Positions 1-14,535 are shown, numbered from the whole stretch's first letter. The stretch: DNA of 63,965 bases, filler included, from Intoshia linei (GCA_001642005.1; 10 parts of 10 records of this genome joined end to end with filler, not necessarily neighbours in it); one strand, 5' to 3'. Numbers and translations are program-made. The notes: generated by a model from the sequence alone, not told the origin.

Positions 1-1397
1 AATTTGTATATTTTTATCTTTTATCATGAATATGCTTCCCCAACTTTCTTGAAAATCGTAGTAATATTTTGGATTTTTAGTAAATAGGGTATATTTTTTC
101 CTTAAATCTCTAATTTTCAATTTTACCAATCCTAATAGGATTGGACTAAAAGTCATTTTTAGCCACAAAGCATGTAGTTCTTCAGCAGTTTTATTACATT
201 AATATGATTTGCATTTTTTGCTATTTTCCATTTGTAAATAATGATACCTTCCCATAACATTTTTAGTTGTCGGCAATCTGCATAGACTATCTAGAGGTAC
301 ACTAATTACTACACCATATGAACGTGTTTAATTCAAACCATTCAAACCATGTGAATTTAATTAAATAAATGGTGATCAATTAAGAATGAAAAATGGAAAA
401 CTATACTGATAAGAATACGGGTGTAGTATTTTCATATCGAATGATATACAATATTTTGAAATATCTTCATTGAGTCAAAAGTTATGGGCATATAATAAAT
501 GAGTACATAATTCTTTACCACTGTATATTGGATAAAACACCATAATATTAAGATATAGTTATTATAACTATCAATATTGAAATTATATGATCATTATTGA
601 ATTATATTGAATAGTATTGAAATTAACGTTACTATATGACTACCGATTGATTTTATAGAAATATTGCATAAGAGATGGTATTTATTCAATAAAGGTGAAA
701 TGTATTCAATATAGCAACAATATCTATTAACACTCGTTTCTAATGGTTACAAACGAATTTTACAAGTGTACATTTGAATTAGACATACCATAACTTTCAT
801 GATGCAAGTGAATAATTTAATCATGGAAACATTTATGTATTATTTACATTAGTACACAAACATAAATGTATTTGTAAAAAAATATATATTATAATTTTGT
901 ATATATAAAACACCATAATATTAAGTTATAGTGATTTGATTAAACATATTTAATTAACACTTCAATATTGAATAAAGTCAAGTATTATTGTAATTATTAT
1001 CATCGGTATCGAATTGAATTTTAATCAAAATTAGATTTAGTTAATGAGTATTTAATTAATTAGTTAATTAAAATATAATAAGGCTCTAAAATCATTTTGC
1101 TCGCTATATACAGTCTCAAATAAGGCTCACTGTTTTAGAACAATTTTATAGCTCAGAAAAAACGTAAAGTATTGTATTTTATTAATGACACTTTCAATTG
1201 TTCATTTTGAATAATTTTTCGAAATAATTATGAAATAGTTTGGCTTTTATTTAGTGAAATTTAAGTTTTTATGAAGTGAAAATGTTATGTAAATTTGAGT
1301 AAAAAAGTAATAGTCTCGTAAGGGTTAAAACTTATGTACATAAAATCGTAACTAATTTTGATAAATAGTTATAAAATTTTTAGTTTTATATTTTAAA

Positions 1398-1761
1398 CTA
1401 GCTTGGCAGTTTTGTACTACGTAAAAACAGCATCTAGCTTTGCCGAGGGCACTCTTTTATTATACCAAAAAAATAAATTCACGAATATATATAAAAAAAA
1501 ATATTTACTGATATAACTCATAACATTGAAATATCTGATGAATTTTCCGACATTGAATCAGAGGAGGATACATTAATAAATGAATCATTAGAAGCAATAG
1601 AAGATCTAATAAACAAATTAAAAAATATCAGCTGCGTTCCTGCATCAGATATTTAAATTTAAATATTTAAAAAACTCTAAGAGTGCTAGTTATTTCATTA
1701 AAGTAAAACACACACACAGACTGACAAACAAAAATCGCGTCGCCTTTTATATAAGTTAGGA
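1398..1761 (-). mobile_element. Short (364 bp) non-autonomous Helitron, both termini present
   Basis: On the minus strand it starts TCCTAACTTATAT (1761) and ends in an imperfect hairpin plus ...GCCAAGCTAG (1398). It sits between host A and T with no TSD, and both termini match the larger copies. Confidence 0.8.
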
Positions 1762-2741
1762 TTCTGTACTTATACATACATGTATGTACCTTGTACATTG
1801 TGATCGTAATAATGTTGGGTTAATTGAAAGTTTTGTTGATTTCTTTAATCTATAACCTGTGCGGAAATTTACAATTCTATATTAATGTTTGTAGTACTGT
1901 TCAATGGTACGAAAACACCAAAATTTTAAATTTAATTAGTTTTCAACAACAATAACAGGTATTATTAAACGTTATTCATCTTATTTTCACAAGGAAAAAT
2001 CGATATATTATGTTTTATACGCAAACTCCAAATTTTGGCAGTCAAATTTGATTTTAGTTAAGCTTTCTAAGATATTGAAATTACAAAATTAAAAATTTTA
2101 TTTTTCATTTAAATAATTAAAAGTTAGTGTTATTTTTTTAATTTAATCCTATCCTGAGACTATGTTTCACTTAAGTTTTACTATTTTCTTTATGTGTTCA
2201 TCATGATTTTGAACTATTTTGTTTTTTTAAATTCATTTCTAGCTCATTTATTTTGGTTTTTACGACATTCATTTTGAGTTTATAATAAATTTTATGTATG
2301 TAAAATGACATACATACATTGTATGTATTTTTGTTTTTGGGGTTAATTATATGAAATTCAAACATCTTTAAAAACCAAAACAAATGAGCTATAAATGAAT
2401 TTAAAAAAACAAAATATCGTGAATTCCATCTTATTTGATTTTAACATGATATCAATTGGTCATTTACAAAACTATCGATTGCTTTTAAAGACCTTTACTT
2501 AAATTTTATTGCATAGGTTAAATATACGGCCCTAATAATTTAAATTAGTGGCACCAAACTTTTTGACATGGAGAATGGAATAACTAAAAAAAATCCGCGA
2601 TCCAGATGGAAAATATACATGACGGATTTTTAAATTACGATTTAAAATTTAAGTTAATGAATTAATAAGTTTCTCATGATCTAGAAATGATAAGTCGATA
2701 CTATCGAGTTGATAGTATATAATTAAAATTAAAGTCGATGA

Positions 2742-3650
2742 TCCTTACTTATATAATATGCTTTGTTGGTCTGTGTGTGTTATCGTTTATTTCAATAATT
2801 ACCAGTCTTAGAATTGTATAAAGTCACATTTCAATTACAGTTTTTTCCGGGGGTGTTAGCAAAATAAATTTCAACCTAACTTTAAATTTTTCAATAAATA
2901 AGTACAGTTTTATCCTGTTAACACACACAAAAAATTTCAATCTGAATAAGTTACTCCTTCACGGTGAAAAAAGAATTTTAGTATTCATATATATTTTTCC
3001 GAAATATTTTATTAAAACAAAAAATGTGGAATAATAAAAGGACCAAATATTAAAAACAAATTATTCTGATAGAGCTTATTCCAGTTGATATAAATACAAA
3101 ATTTAAACTCCAAAAATTTATACATTCCCGGTGAAAAATAATTTTTAATATATTTTCAAATATTTCGATTAAAATAAAAATTGAAAATGTAAATATTGAT
3201 CCTACAATGTCAAAAAAAATGTGCATTAAACGTCTACACATTTCCAATAAAGAAATATGGGTGAAAATCTATATAATTCATTCCATCGCAATTTTTAAAT
3301 TTTCATTTTCAAAAAATTTTGTTTAAAATTTAAATTAAAACTACAACAACGATTACTAAAAGTAATACAACTTTGTTATTATCATTTTTATATTTATTAC
3401 AATCTTTTGCAATATTGGTAAAATTCACTTAAAATATTTTTATAAAGTGCTAAGTCCGTTAATTATTGATACATAATTGGTATTTCTAAGTATTTATTAA
3501 ATTGGTTGAACTATTTATGACCATTTTTAGGATTGAACTGTTTTTACTTTAATTTTAATATTATACACATATTCTGTTTAATAAATTAAAAAAATGGGAT
3601 ATCAATTTTTTTAAAATTCTTTACACATGTTAGCAAAAGACATTGATTGT
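2742..3650 (+). mobile_element. Non-autonomous Helitron family copy (5' end, 3'-truncated)
   Basis: A|TCCTTACTTATATAATATGC start; internal blocks (caattacagttttttcc, ...tctacacatttccaataaagaaatatgggtgaaaatc) shared with 54851-56202. Right boundary approximate. Confidence 0.75.
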
Positions 3651-5890
3651 TTTAATAGATGTGTTGTATGCTTCCCTCAATTTGGAAAATTTTGCACGAC
3701 ATTTACATTTTCAGTAGCTGTGATGATATCAGTTTATGTAGTGTTACTAATATTCTCTAATCACGATTTTTGGGTTATTTTAAATCTTGGTTTTGGAATT
3801 ATTGATATTGATAATGGTCTCCTTGAGTATATTGAGTATATATATCGGTAGAAGGGTCTCGGATATGGTAGATTCGGCACTGGTAGTTTACCATAATTAT
3901 GTTTGAAATTAATAATTTTTTTTTGTGACAAGTGGTCCATGGTGGATAAAGTTTGAGGACTACTGGTCTAGGATGATATCGAATGTGATGGAAAAGCTCC
4001 CTGACATCCCTATTGTTTAATTTCAGAAATATCATGCTAGTGATGAATTTATCCACTTTTCTATAATAGTTTATTAATTTCATGGAGCAATTATGTATTA
4101 AGTGAAAATGAAAAAATATTATTTACAAAAAAAAAGTTTTTTTTTGTTGTTAAATAAAGCAATATTTTTTCATTTTATTATTATTTTCTAGATATAGTTG
4201 ATTAATTTTATTTCTACATAATCTTCCCAGGGTAATCTCCTTCCCATATTTTTAAATGAATCTTTGAGTTTTTTATTATTTAGTTTGTGTGAGGGAATAA
4301 CATCTGTAATTAATTTTTAAAATTACTGTTATTTTGTATTAAATTTAAATTACTGCACTGCTGCTATTTAATGTTATGAACAAATTTTATAAATATGTTA
4401 GTATACAATTATTTGTTATTTTACTTTTTAGACGTATCAAGGTGATCATGAGGTAATTTATACAAAAAACTATGATCAGTGACCCTAATCCACGATCGCG
4501 CTGTGACTTTAATTTTTTTAATACTATCAAATTTATTTCAAATGTAATGTAAATTATGAATTTTTGTCAATTAAAGTTATATTTCATTCACATTTAAGAT
4601 GTGATTTTTAAGGTGTTTTGATTGAATTTTAGAAATTAAAAAAATCCTGTTGGATAAATTTGATAAATAATGAATATTATTTACATTTTTAATATTGTTA
4701 AACCCAATAAAATGTTAACCCACGACGTAATAATATGTAATAAGCGATAAAATATTAACGATAAATGTTGACCTGCGACAGAGGACATTTCTGTTTGTGC
4801 AAAGTACATAAATTTGAACTTAATGTTAACCCTTCAGCTAAAATAAATGCAATTGCATTCAAAATTTTGACATTATATTTAAAATGAAAATATTATTTTT
4901 ATTATTTTTTTTAAAAATATATATTAACCTAGTAATCATCACAATGTTTTTATTGTTATTTGATTTTTTAAGTGTTAGCTAATTTCTAGCAACCAATTTC
5001 CAATAAAAATTTTATTTCCCGGACTGGTTAGGTTTATTGGTTTAAATAAGACACAGGTTAAATTGCATAAATGTAATTAAAAATATTTTAATATGTTTTT
5101 AGACATTTAATCTATTAGAAAATGTGATCTAATTTATTTCTTTGATATTAATAAATATTTTATTTTTCTTTAATTAACACTATGAGTGTTATATACTTCA
5201 TAATGTACACTTAAATAAACTCACATAAACACTTTAAAATGTTACCACACGCACCGTTTTAACAAGCATTGCAGTGACCAAAAGTGATTACGAATACATC
5301 CTGAAGGGCAGGTGTTGGCAACCTTATAATGGTAACGCACCGGATGGTATATTCTAGTATATAACCTTAAAATAAATGATGTTAGTTGAGGTCTTCAACA
5401 TAGTTAGTGTTCAGAGAGCACATAATGTTGAAAACAAATTAATATTATTTGGTATATTGGTATCAATTAATAGTATTAATATAATATTTATTAATAATTT
5501 TACAAAAATAAAAAATATTAACAATGTAATAAAATACCAAATTTAGTCCAGCGCCCCAAAATGTAAAATGTTTTTACTGCCCCTTCCCCAAATCGCTTTA
5601 GCGCCCATAGATATATTTTAATTTATAAAGTAAATAAATTTATATTAAAGCTCCCACTTAGTTATGATTACAATATGTAAATAAAAAATTGACCCTAATG
5701 ATACATATCATTTTTAAGTCCTAGACTTAACTTGCATAAATAAAGGCAATATTATAATTTATATATAGTAAATGATTAGCTTACAACAATTGACACAATA
5801 AATTTTACTTAATTTGCATACCTAGGATACATTTATCAATTATTTACACATAAAAATTTTTACAAATTTTTGTACTAAAAATTGTATATA

Positions 5891-7280
5891 ATGAAAAATC
5901 AACCTGATGAAATTGAAGAAATTAAAAAATATGTAATAAAATCAAAAGAAGAAAGTCTTCAATACGACCTTGAAGATGAAAATAAATCATTAAAATCAGA
6001 AAATCTATCCTTAGCAATAAAAGATTATCTTGCAGATTTAAAATTTTTAGAGGTAAATAAACGAATCTAATATATAGTACATGTAATATTTCAAGATTGG
6101 AGGTTTCAACAATGTGGGCCAAACAATAGTAATATTGCATGCCAGTAGATTACCGAAAATTGACCATCACAATGAAGTAAAAAAGTATTTAATAAGCAAA
6201 TTATCAGATGTAGTTACATGTGAATACATTATAGTTTTATTTTATCAAGGAATGACGTGGGACAACCAACCAACATTTACTTGGATAAAAGACTGCTACA
6301 AGGAGTTGAATTTAAATTTTCGAAAAAATTTAAAGAGGGTTTACATAATTAAATCATCACTGCTTGTCAAATTATTGTTATTGTTCATGAAACAATTTAT
6401 CAGTCACAAATTTTATCGAAAAATCTTTTATGTTGATAATGTTGATTCATTGGAAATTGAACATGGTATACAAATAAAAATTGAAGCATCACCAGAATCT
6501 GAATCAATCGATGAAACCTTGCATTTGAATACAAATTTAAAATTGAAAAGGTTTGGTTTAAGCTCAACAATATTGTCTAGAAATCAATGTTTCGGAGTTT
6601 CTTTAAGTTATATAAAGAAAAATGGAAATATGATGCAAAATTCAGCCATTCCCACCTTTTTAGCTAAAATCATCAAAATTGTGATATTCAAACATTTACG
6701 CCAACCATTCATATTCCGCACAACACCATCGGTATTAAGACTAAATCCTTTAATAGAGCAAATTAATCAAGATGAACCTGTTAATTTTAATGAATTGGAT
6801 TGTAGCATACTTGCAGGATTAATTAAATTATTCTTCAGGAAACTGCCTGAACCTCTCATTACATTTGATTTGTATGATGTATTTATTAATGTTAACCTTC
6901 ATCAAGATAAAAGCCTTAATTTTATTAGAAAAACGCTTCGAGCCAATATTAATGGCGATTATTGTGAATTATTGGCATTACTTTTATATTTTCTCAATTT
7001 AATTGATGCTTATAGTGAATTTAATCACATGACTTGTTCAAATTTAGCAATTATATGGAGTCAAAATATCATGTATCCTCATCGTACAGATAGTTTCAAG
7101 TATAATTCAAATTTTGAGACTGCTAAATTTTATGCCAAAAAAAGTTCAGACTTTGTTCAATTTTTGATTAAAAATGTTTTGAAAATTTATCATATGCCCA
7201 AGAGTTTTATCGAAATTTCTACAGACCTACCCCATGATGATGGACAGATAAATAGTGGTGATGATACTATTATAAATTGA
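5891..7280 (+). CDS. Rho GTPase-activating protein with N-terminal BCH/CRAL-TRIO domain (ARHGAP1/ARHGAP8-like); join(5891..6052,6096..7280)
   Basis: A 43-nt GT-AG intron joins two ORFs in frame. BCH motifs (FRKNLKRVYII, FISHKFYRKIFYV) and RhoGAP motifs (FGVSL, IFR, KLFFRKLPEPLITF, NHMTCSNLAIIW) are present. Confidence 0.9.
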
Positions 7281-7583
7281 AATCTTTTGTAATTTTGTAA
7301 TTATATAAACATTTTTATGATTTATTATCATTTTTTTGCAGTGGTATTTTTTTATTGTCTTTTGTACTTACAAATGTACACTCCGTTTCAAAAATTACGT
7401 GACTCGATATTTCAGTTTTCAGACTCAAAAGATTGTGTTGTATAAATATAACAGTGAAACTGAACCAATAATGTTACTAATTTTGAAAAAAATAGATAAT
7501 TTTCTTTTAGTTCAATAATATCAATTAAAAATCATAAACAGAAGATTTGATAAATTGAATATTTTTTACAATAATTATTGTAA

Positions 7584-8171
7584 TCCTTACTTATATAATA
7601 TGCAATGCAATATTTTTTTGTGTGTGTTACCGTTTATTTCAATAACTACCCGTCTCAGAATTTTATAAAGTCCACATTTCAGTTACAGTTTTTTCAGGCG
7701 GTGTTAGAAAAATAAATTTTAACTTCCCAAACTCACATCTCACGGGTCAAAAACCCCAATTGAACTTTTTTTGAAATCAAACAAGTTGAAGAATTTAAAA
7801 AAAAAAATATAAGCTGATACGGATTTTAAAATCATAAACATCATAAATTTAAATTTCAAAAAATTATATCTTCAGGGCCAAAACCCCAAATTACCCTTTT
7901 TTTTATTATGAAAACAGCCCTAGAATTTAAAAAAAATTACAGGTGGTACAGTTGTATGCTGTTGACACACACAAAACATTTCAATCTAAATAAGTGACGA
8001 CTTAACGGTCAACAAAGCATTTTAGTATTCATATATTTTTTTTCCGAAATATTTTATTTAAACAAAAAATGTAAAATAATTACGGTCCGAAAATTAAAAA
8101 AAAAAGATTATTCTTAGAGAGCTTATTCCAGTTGATATAAAAACAAAATTTCAATCTCAGAAATCTACGCA
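7584..8171 (+). mobile_element. Helitron family copy (5' part)
   Basis: A|TCCTTACTTATATAATATGC start and shared internal sequence. Confidence 0.75.
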
Positions 8172-8713
8172 AAGAGAATTTCTGTATGGAGTTTCTCAAA
8201 TTTCCATCTCAAGTCTTTGAAGCTTCCTGTATTTTTGATTATAATAAATCATATTATAAATCACTTTTTAACAAAAAATGATATCGAAATTATATTAAAA
8301 ATTGTAAGATATTTAAATGAACGAAAAATAGAATATTTGACAAAAAAAATGAACAAAACTTATTGAAATTGAAAGAGGAGTATGTTTTTAATAATATAAA
8401 TAGTAATTAGTAATGTTACCAAAATTGAATCAAATTTCAAAATGATTATTAAAAAATTATATTGCAGTTATCATCAATTTTGTGAAAATGATATAAAAAC
8501 CGAAAAAATCAATGTATGAGATTGAAATTTAGATTTCTGTATCGCAAATAAATAAAATTTACATTTGAATCAAAATTTGAACAGTTGTAAATAACAACTT
8601 TTAATTTCAATTGGTAAATAATTGTAGTATTTTTGATAAGTCTTATCTAAAAAAAAATAAAAAATTTCATTACATAAATAAGTATCGAAATAAATAGATA
8701 TCGAAATCAAATG

Positions 8714-8813
8714 NNNNNNNNNNNNNNNNNNNNNNNNNNNNNNNNNNNNNNNNNNNNTTAATTAATTAANNNNNNNNNNNNNNNNNNNNNNNNNNNNNNN
8801 NNNNNNNNNNNNN
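8714..8813. other. Artificial contig-joining spacer (N-run, TTAATTAATTAA, N-run); same spacer at about 12963, 24779, 46441, 48537, 53462, 57331, 61738 and 62861
   Basis: The identical 100-nt pattern occurs nine times; the 12-mer places stops in all six frames. Confidence 0.95.
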
Positions 8814-9519
8814 AACTCGTTTGATTTTCAAAAAAAGGACAATTGGGCTTTTTGACCCGTAAGATGTAAGTTTGGGAGGTTTACATATATTTTCTAACAC
8901 CCCCGGAAAAAACTGTATTTGAAATGTGGACTTTATAAAATTCTAAGACTAGTAGTTATTGAAATATAAAGTAAAAAATATAAAAAAAATAAATAACAGT
9001 GGTTTTAATGGTATTTTGTTTAAAAGTGACCTTAAATAGCTACATATATTATAAAATAGCGACTTTCAGTAGATCAATTTTTTTATGTACCAGATATACG
9101 TCATACGTATGCGTAGTAGCTACTACAGTAGTAGTCATCAAGGTATAAATGTAATGGAAAGTTCTAAAAATAGAATCCAAACTAATGCATAATTAAAAAA
9201 ATTATAATGAATTATTCTTAGATATTGAAAATCCATTATACTATAAATGTAGAGAATTAATGGAAGAATTGGATTTGGTAAAAAGCATGTTACAATCGGT
9301 AAATATTAATATAGCTATACATGTTATTAATGAATAAAATAATCATTAAAGTTGTATAGATTAAACTGGATATTGTTTGATAGTTATGATATCATTATGT
9401 GAACCCCTAGGATCCACAGAAAAATATATATTGTATTATTAAATTATTTTTTAATGTTTTAAGTACTAAGTGGTGCAACCGAACATAGAAGTAGGTTAAG
9501 CGAAAAATAATTTATTTGT

Positions 9520-9672
9520 TGAGTTTGGGAGGTTGAAATTTATTTTGCTAACACCCTCCGAAAAAAACTGTAATTGAAATGTGGACTTTATAAAATTCTA
9601 AGTCTGGTAGTTATTGAAATAAACGGTAACACAAACAAAAAAATATTGCATAGCATATTATATAAGTTAGGA
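9520..9672 (-). mobile_element. Helitron family 5'-end fragment (another fragment at 8814-8975)
   Basis: Ends gcatattatataagttagga|t, the reverse complement of the family 5' terminus. Confidence 0.7.
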
Positions 9673-10487
9673 TGTACCATAGATTACCTAGACGGCGACC
9701 ACTAAAATTTAATATAAAAAATGTGTCGACTACATCAGTAGTTGCCAAACGGGGCTTGGCTCCAGCAGGGGCATCTACAGTCTGAGGGATTAATTCTTTG
9801 ATGTTTAATTAAAATATTCTGGAAATTCGATTAAGGATTAATTTTGGATTATACAATGTAATAATTTATAATTTCTTCATTGTTTAAATGACAAATTTAC
9901 CAAAATATTTCACAAAAATCGACAATGTATGGGTCAAGTGTGATTATTAATTATTTTCATTTTATTATTAATACATTTTATTTTCGATTTTTAATCCCAT
10001 TTAAAAAAACAATAACATGTAAGTAGAATAAATTGTACATAAAGTTTTTTTGTAAATTAACAACATTAATATAGTTACTTTTACTTTTAAGTATAATTAA
10101 AGCATCAATTCAAAGTCACAAACAAAAGAGATTTGAACATTTGTAAAGTCTAATACACAACTTTTAGTGATTTGCATATAATAAATTGGTACAGTTTGTA
10201 TACGAATAGTTAACACCAGTAAACAGATAAATAATGATCTTAAAGGGTTTATTAAGAGAGAAAAAGACACATAAAGGGGATAATTAACACAACAACATAA
10301 TATTTATAATCCGTTAGGGGGTCGCATTAATTTTTTGGGAACCACTGATCTACATCACACTCTCATTGTCAGTCGCCAATTTTTAGTAATTTATTATAAT
10401 AAATAATGATTATTATAAAATTTTTGCCTCCACTTAAAAATAGTGGCCACCACTGTTATAGGATAAATTTTAATAAATTAAATTTAG

Positions 10488-12048
10488 AAATTTTAGACGA
10501 TCAATATACATTGCTCTTCCATTTGTGACTATAATTTACTTTTTGACAAATGTTGCATACTTTACTGAATTGTCGCATGATGAAATGATCAATTCAAATG
10601 CGGTCGCAATTGTAATTTATCGTTTAACGGTTTTTTAAATTATAATTAAAACTATTTAGTCGTTTGCTTACAAGTTTAATAAACTATTTTCTTATACCAT
10701 TCCATTTTTTGTTGGTTGTTCGACGTTTGGTGGCTTAAACGGAACTTTGTTGAGTGTTCCAAGGTAGAATTAATATGAATTATGTATTAATTGTTCGTTA
10801 CATATACATTAAATTGAAATTAAACTAATACCTCATCATAAATGCTCATTCATCTTAAAAATATAGATATAATTATTTTTTTAATAATTATGTTGATTTT
10901 TAGGAAAAATTTTAATTCCGGTTTAATGGATTTTTTTAGAAAAATTTAAAATGAGGTTTAGTGTAAATTTAGAAGGGAAAAAATAAAACCTAAACAATTA
11001 TGTCAACTTTCTTCATGTTTATGATTAAAGATTATCCAATTTGCAGTTCACTAAAAATGACCATTTTTATTTCACAGACTTATAATTATTATATATAGAA
11101 TGTGCTATGTTGCTGGACGGAAAGGCGATTTACCCCAAATATTTTCATTGGTTCATTCTACCAATACACCAGGATTTTCTGTTATTTTCATTGGAATTGT
11201 ATATTCTTGTTTTCTATTCACCGAAAGTGTTGATTCACTTGTTGTTGCATTTACTTTTGTTGAATCGGCAGCAATTTTAGCATGTGTCATGGTTCTCATT
11301 CACATTCGATGGAATTCAAGTACTAAATCACAAATTCGAGTAATTTTATAGTACTTTCATTTATAGCACAAGTACTTACTAATTATACAGTATTTTTAAT
11401 AATAATTTATTATGTACTTATAATTTATGTGGCTTAGGCTAATTAGTATCGTTTAAATAAGCCTTTCCCAACCTTTTTACTCTTGTGTGTCGGTAAAATG
11501 TGGTAAATTATGTTAAAATCTCACAAATTGGTTCATAATAATGGTCGAATTGCTCCTTGTGGAGTCTTGGAAGTAATTTCGGAAATTTTTGTATGTAAAA
11601 TCGTGGGTTCGCTTTTCAAAATTTTCAAGTCTAGGCCATGGGCAGGTGGTTTGGTTTTTGAATTTTTATGGGTTTTAATTTATACTGGTAATCGAGCATG
11701 GTAGATGCGGCTCTGTTTGGAAACCGTGATTTAATAAATTATATTTATGTTAATTGTAAAATTAGGTGCATATATCAATTATATACATTTTCTTTGTCCT
11801 TCAATCAATTATAGTACTATTAGCGCTAATTTATGAACTGCGATTATCAATAATTTCTTCATTTGCATTTGTATCTGGAATTCCATTATACTATTTTTTT
11901 ATTTACAAAAAAAAGAATCAGACAATATTTAACAAACTTTTAAGTTTTTTCAGTTTTATCAATAAATAATTATTTTTTAGATAAATTTACAATACAATAC
12001 CAAAAATTGTTTCTTGCTGTACCAGGAATTATGTATATGACGGACTAA
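10488..12048 (+). CDS. SLC7/LAT-type amino acid transporter, C-terminal half; exons 10488..10611, 10660..10763, 11099..11339, 11766..11943, 11981..12048
   Basis: Spliced translation NFRRSIYIALPFVTIIYFLTNVAYFT...SNAVAI/...IPFFVGCSTFGGLNG...PRMCYVAGRKGDLPQIFSLVH...TP...SGIPLYYFFI...YQKLFLAVP matches the LAT1/y+LAT TM7-TM12 region. The 5' exons were not found in this contig. Confidence 0.88.
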
Positions 12049-12434
12049 GATAAAAGTTTTATGTATTTTAATTAAATTTTTAATTTACATTTCATCTCAA
12101 CATTAAATCTAAACAACTTGTGATTCCATTTCCATTGCTCAAAAATCAGGAATGACAAAGTTAATTTGCTTGACGGGTCAAATGTGAAAAAAATTATTAC
12201 ATGGGCCACGCACAAAAAAAATATTTGCACAATATTTAAATTTAAAAAAATAAACTGTATAACTAACCATGGAGAACAATATTATAAACTCGGTACCACG
12301 TTTAAAAACTCAAACGCCAATTTCCGTTAAAATAAAGTTCAATTTTAATTTCTCCATAATTTAATAATAATAATTTATTAAATAAATGCAGGAAGCTTAT
12401 AGCTTATTATGTCATTGTAGTTTATAATTATACA

Positions 12435-12962
12435 TTAGTTTTTGAATTGTTTGTTGAGTAATTTTTTGAAAATTGGTGCGTGGGACGCGGTGACAATTGA
12501 AGTGGGCAGCCTATTCCAGTAATTTACAATCCTATTGAAGAATTGATTTCGATTAATGCCTGTATTGCATCTGTTTTTGAAAATTTTGCTGATGTTGGAT
12601 CTTGTTTTTGTTTGGATAGTTTTAATTTTGTTACGGTTGATAAATTTGTAAGTCAGGCGGAGATCCAGCATATCCCTACGGCTTTTAAGGCTTGGTAGAG
12701 GTGAATGTAAGGGTGATAGACGACGTAGGAAGAAACGTTGAGCTGATTCCAGTTTGTTTATATTGATTATTGATGTAGGATTCCATAATTGGGTGGCATA
12801 TTCCAGCTTAGGCAACACAAAAGTTGTACAAAGTCTATTTAAATACAGAGGATCTCGCAGTGAAAATGTTTTTGTGAGTCTATGTATTTCCCGTTTGGCG
12901 TTCATTAATATTTTATGTATGTGTTTGTTGAATTTAGCATCATTGGTGAATATGACCCCTAG
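12435..12962 (-). mobile_element. LINE (CR1/L2-like) ORF2 C-terminal fragment
   Basis: FVLPKLEYATQLWNP...LESAQRFFLR...LPSLKSRR...FFNRIVNYWNRLP is typical of the region downstream of the CR1-clade RT domain; cut at a spacer. Confidence 0.85.
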
Positions 12963-13137
12963 NNNNNNNNNNNNNNNNNNNNNNNNNNNNNNNNNNNNNN
13001 NNNNNNTTAATTAATTAANNNNNNNNNNNNNNNNNNNNNNNNNNNNNNNNNNNNNNNNNNNNTTTATAATAAAGTTACAATAAAAACGACATTACTTATG
13101 AAACGACCTAATATTTCTATAACTTTAGTAAAATGGT

Positions 13138-14233
13138 ATGTATAGAGATACTACAAAGTTTATTTTACTTAATTTTATTACTACTTTATTTATGCCAAAA
13201 AGACGATTATCCGATATTGAAAAAGTGCAATTTTTCTGCATTGAATATCCATTCGAATTTACTATGATAGAAAGCAAATTATTTTGCAATATATGTAGTA
13301 AACTTATTAAATGCGAAAAAAAATTTCACATGGATTCTCATATAAAAACTAATACACATAATGCCTTAATTAAGTAATTTTTATATCAATAATACATTAA
13401 ATCATAGATTAAGGAGTAGAAATTGTAGCACTGATGCCTCTAACCCTTATTCTAGAATTATTTGTTTTCCTGAAAGATTAATAAAATTGTTCACCCGATT
13501 GAATATTCCACTTAATAAGTTCCATTCTGAAGACATGAAGCTATTTTTTGAGGCATATAACGAAAAACTTTTATTTGTTAAAAAATGTCGACAAATTTTT
13601 ACTTATTTGGCAGATAGACGATTATGCGATATTAAGAAAAAACTTGAACATAAAAAAGTCTTTCTTGTAACAAATTAAAGTGATATTGTTGGAGAAAAAT
13701 ATATAAATATTTTGATGGGAACATTGGATGAACCCCATACAACATATTTAGTTGGTTTGAGACACTTATCAGTATTTCCAAATGCTACAATAATAGCACA
13801 GATTATTGATTATACCATAACCCTTATGGCATAAGGGATACAAAATTCTGTTTGAAATACTACACTCATTACAAATTTAACTTACATTTACTCTATAATG
13901 TATTAATAGGATCAATATGAATGTTTGGTGAAAGTGATTGACTTAATAGAATCTAGCAAATACACAATTATTCAAGCTTATAAAACTTTAACTGAATTAA
14001 TATTTGGAAATGACGATTTGTTTCATAGAAAAGTATATTTAGAAAAGAATTAAAAACAGACTTATATGAAATTATGCACTCTTCGAGAAATGAAATCCCA
14101 TCAAGTATATACGTTGATTTAAGATAATGCCAACTAACCTCTTGTTCTGTTGAAAGAAGCTTCTCAAAACTGAAAAGAATGGTAACCAAAGATCGACCAT
14201 TTTCTGAAAAAAATATTGAAAAATATTTCATAC
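13138..14233 (+). pseudogene. Degenerate hAT-related (CGGBP1-like) transposase
   Basis: N-terminal zinc finger LFCNICSK...DSHIKTNTH and LNIPLNK motif. C-terminal TSCSVERSFSKLK on the + strand (about 14137-14175). Several in-frame stops. Confidence 0.7.
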
Positions 14234-14535
14234 TGTATTATTATAATGACTAATTGTTAATTTTGAATTTATTTTAATGTCATATTAAATGACTATTTCA
14301 AATCAATTTAATTTGAGATATAAATTTAATGAACTTTGAATCAATTATTGTCTTCTTGTAGTTTAGTAACTTTAGTGCTAGAAGTTGTTTAGTGCCATAA
14401 AAAATTGCATTTGTCGACTTTAATAATTATGCATACAATCTAAATTATTAGACGTGACAACTTCTTAAAAATCAACATAAATAATTTTTAAAATTTGACA
14501 AAAAAGTTCATTTTAAGGGTTTAAACTGAACCAAA

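Noticed and set aside
121-335. LPTTKNVM...LWLK remnant (similar LPTTLDVL at 63256-63462)
   Set aside because: Likely decayed transposase N-termini, but too degraded to classify.
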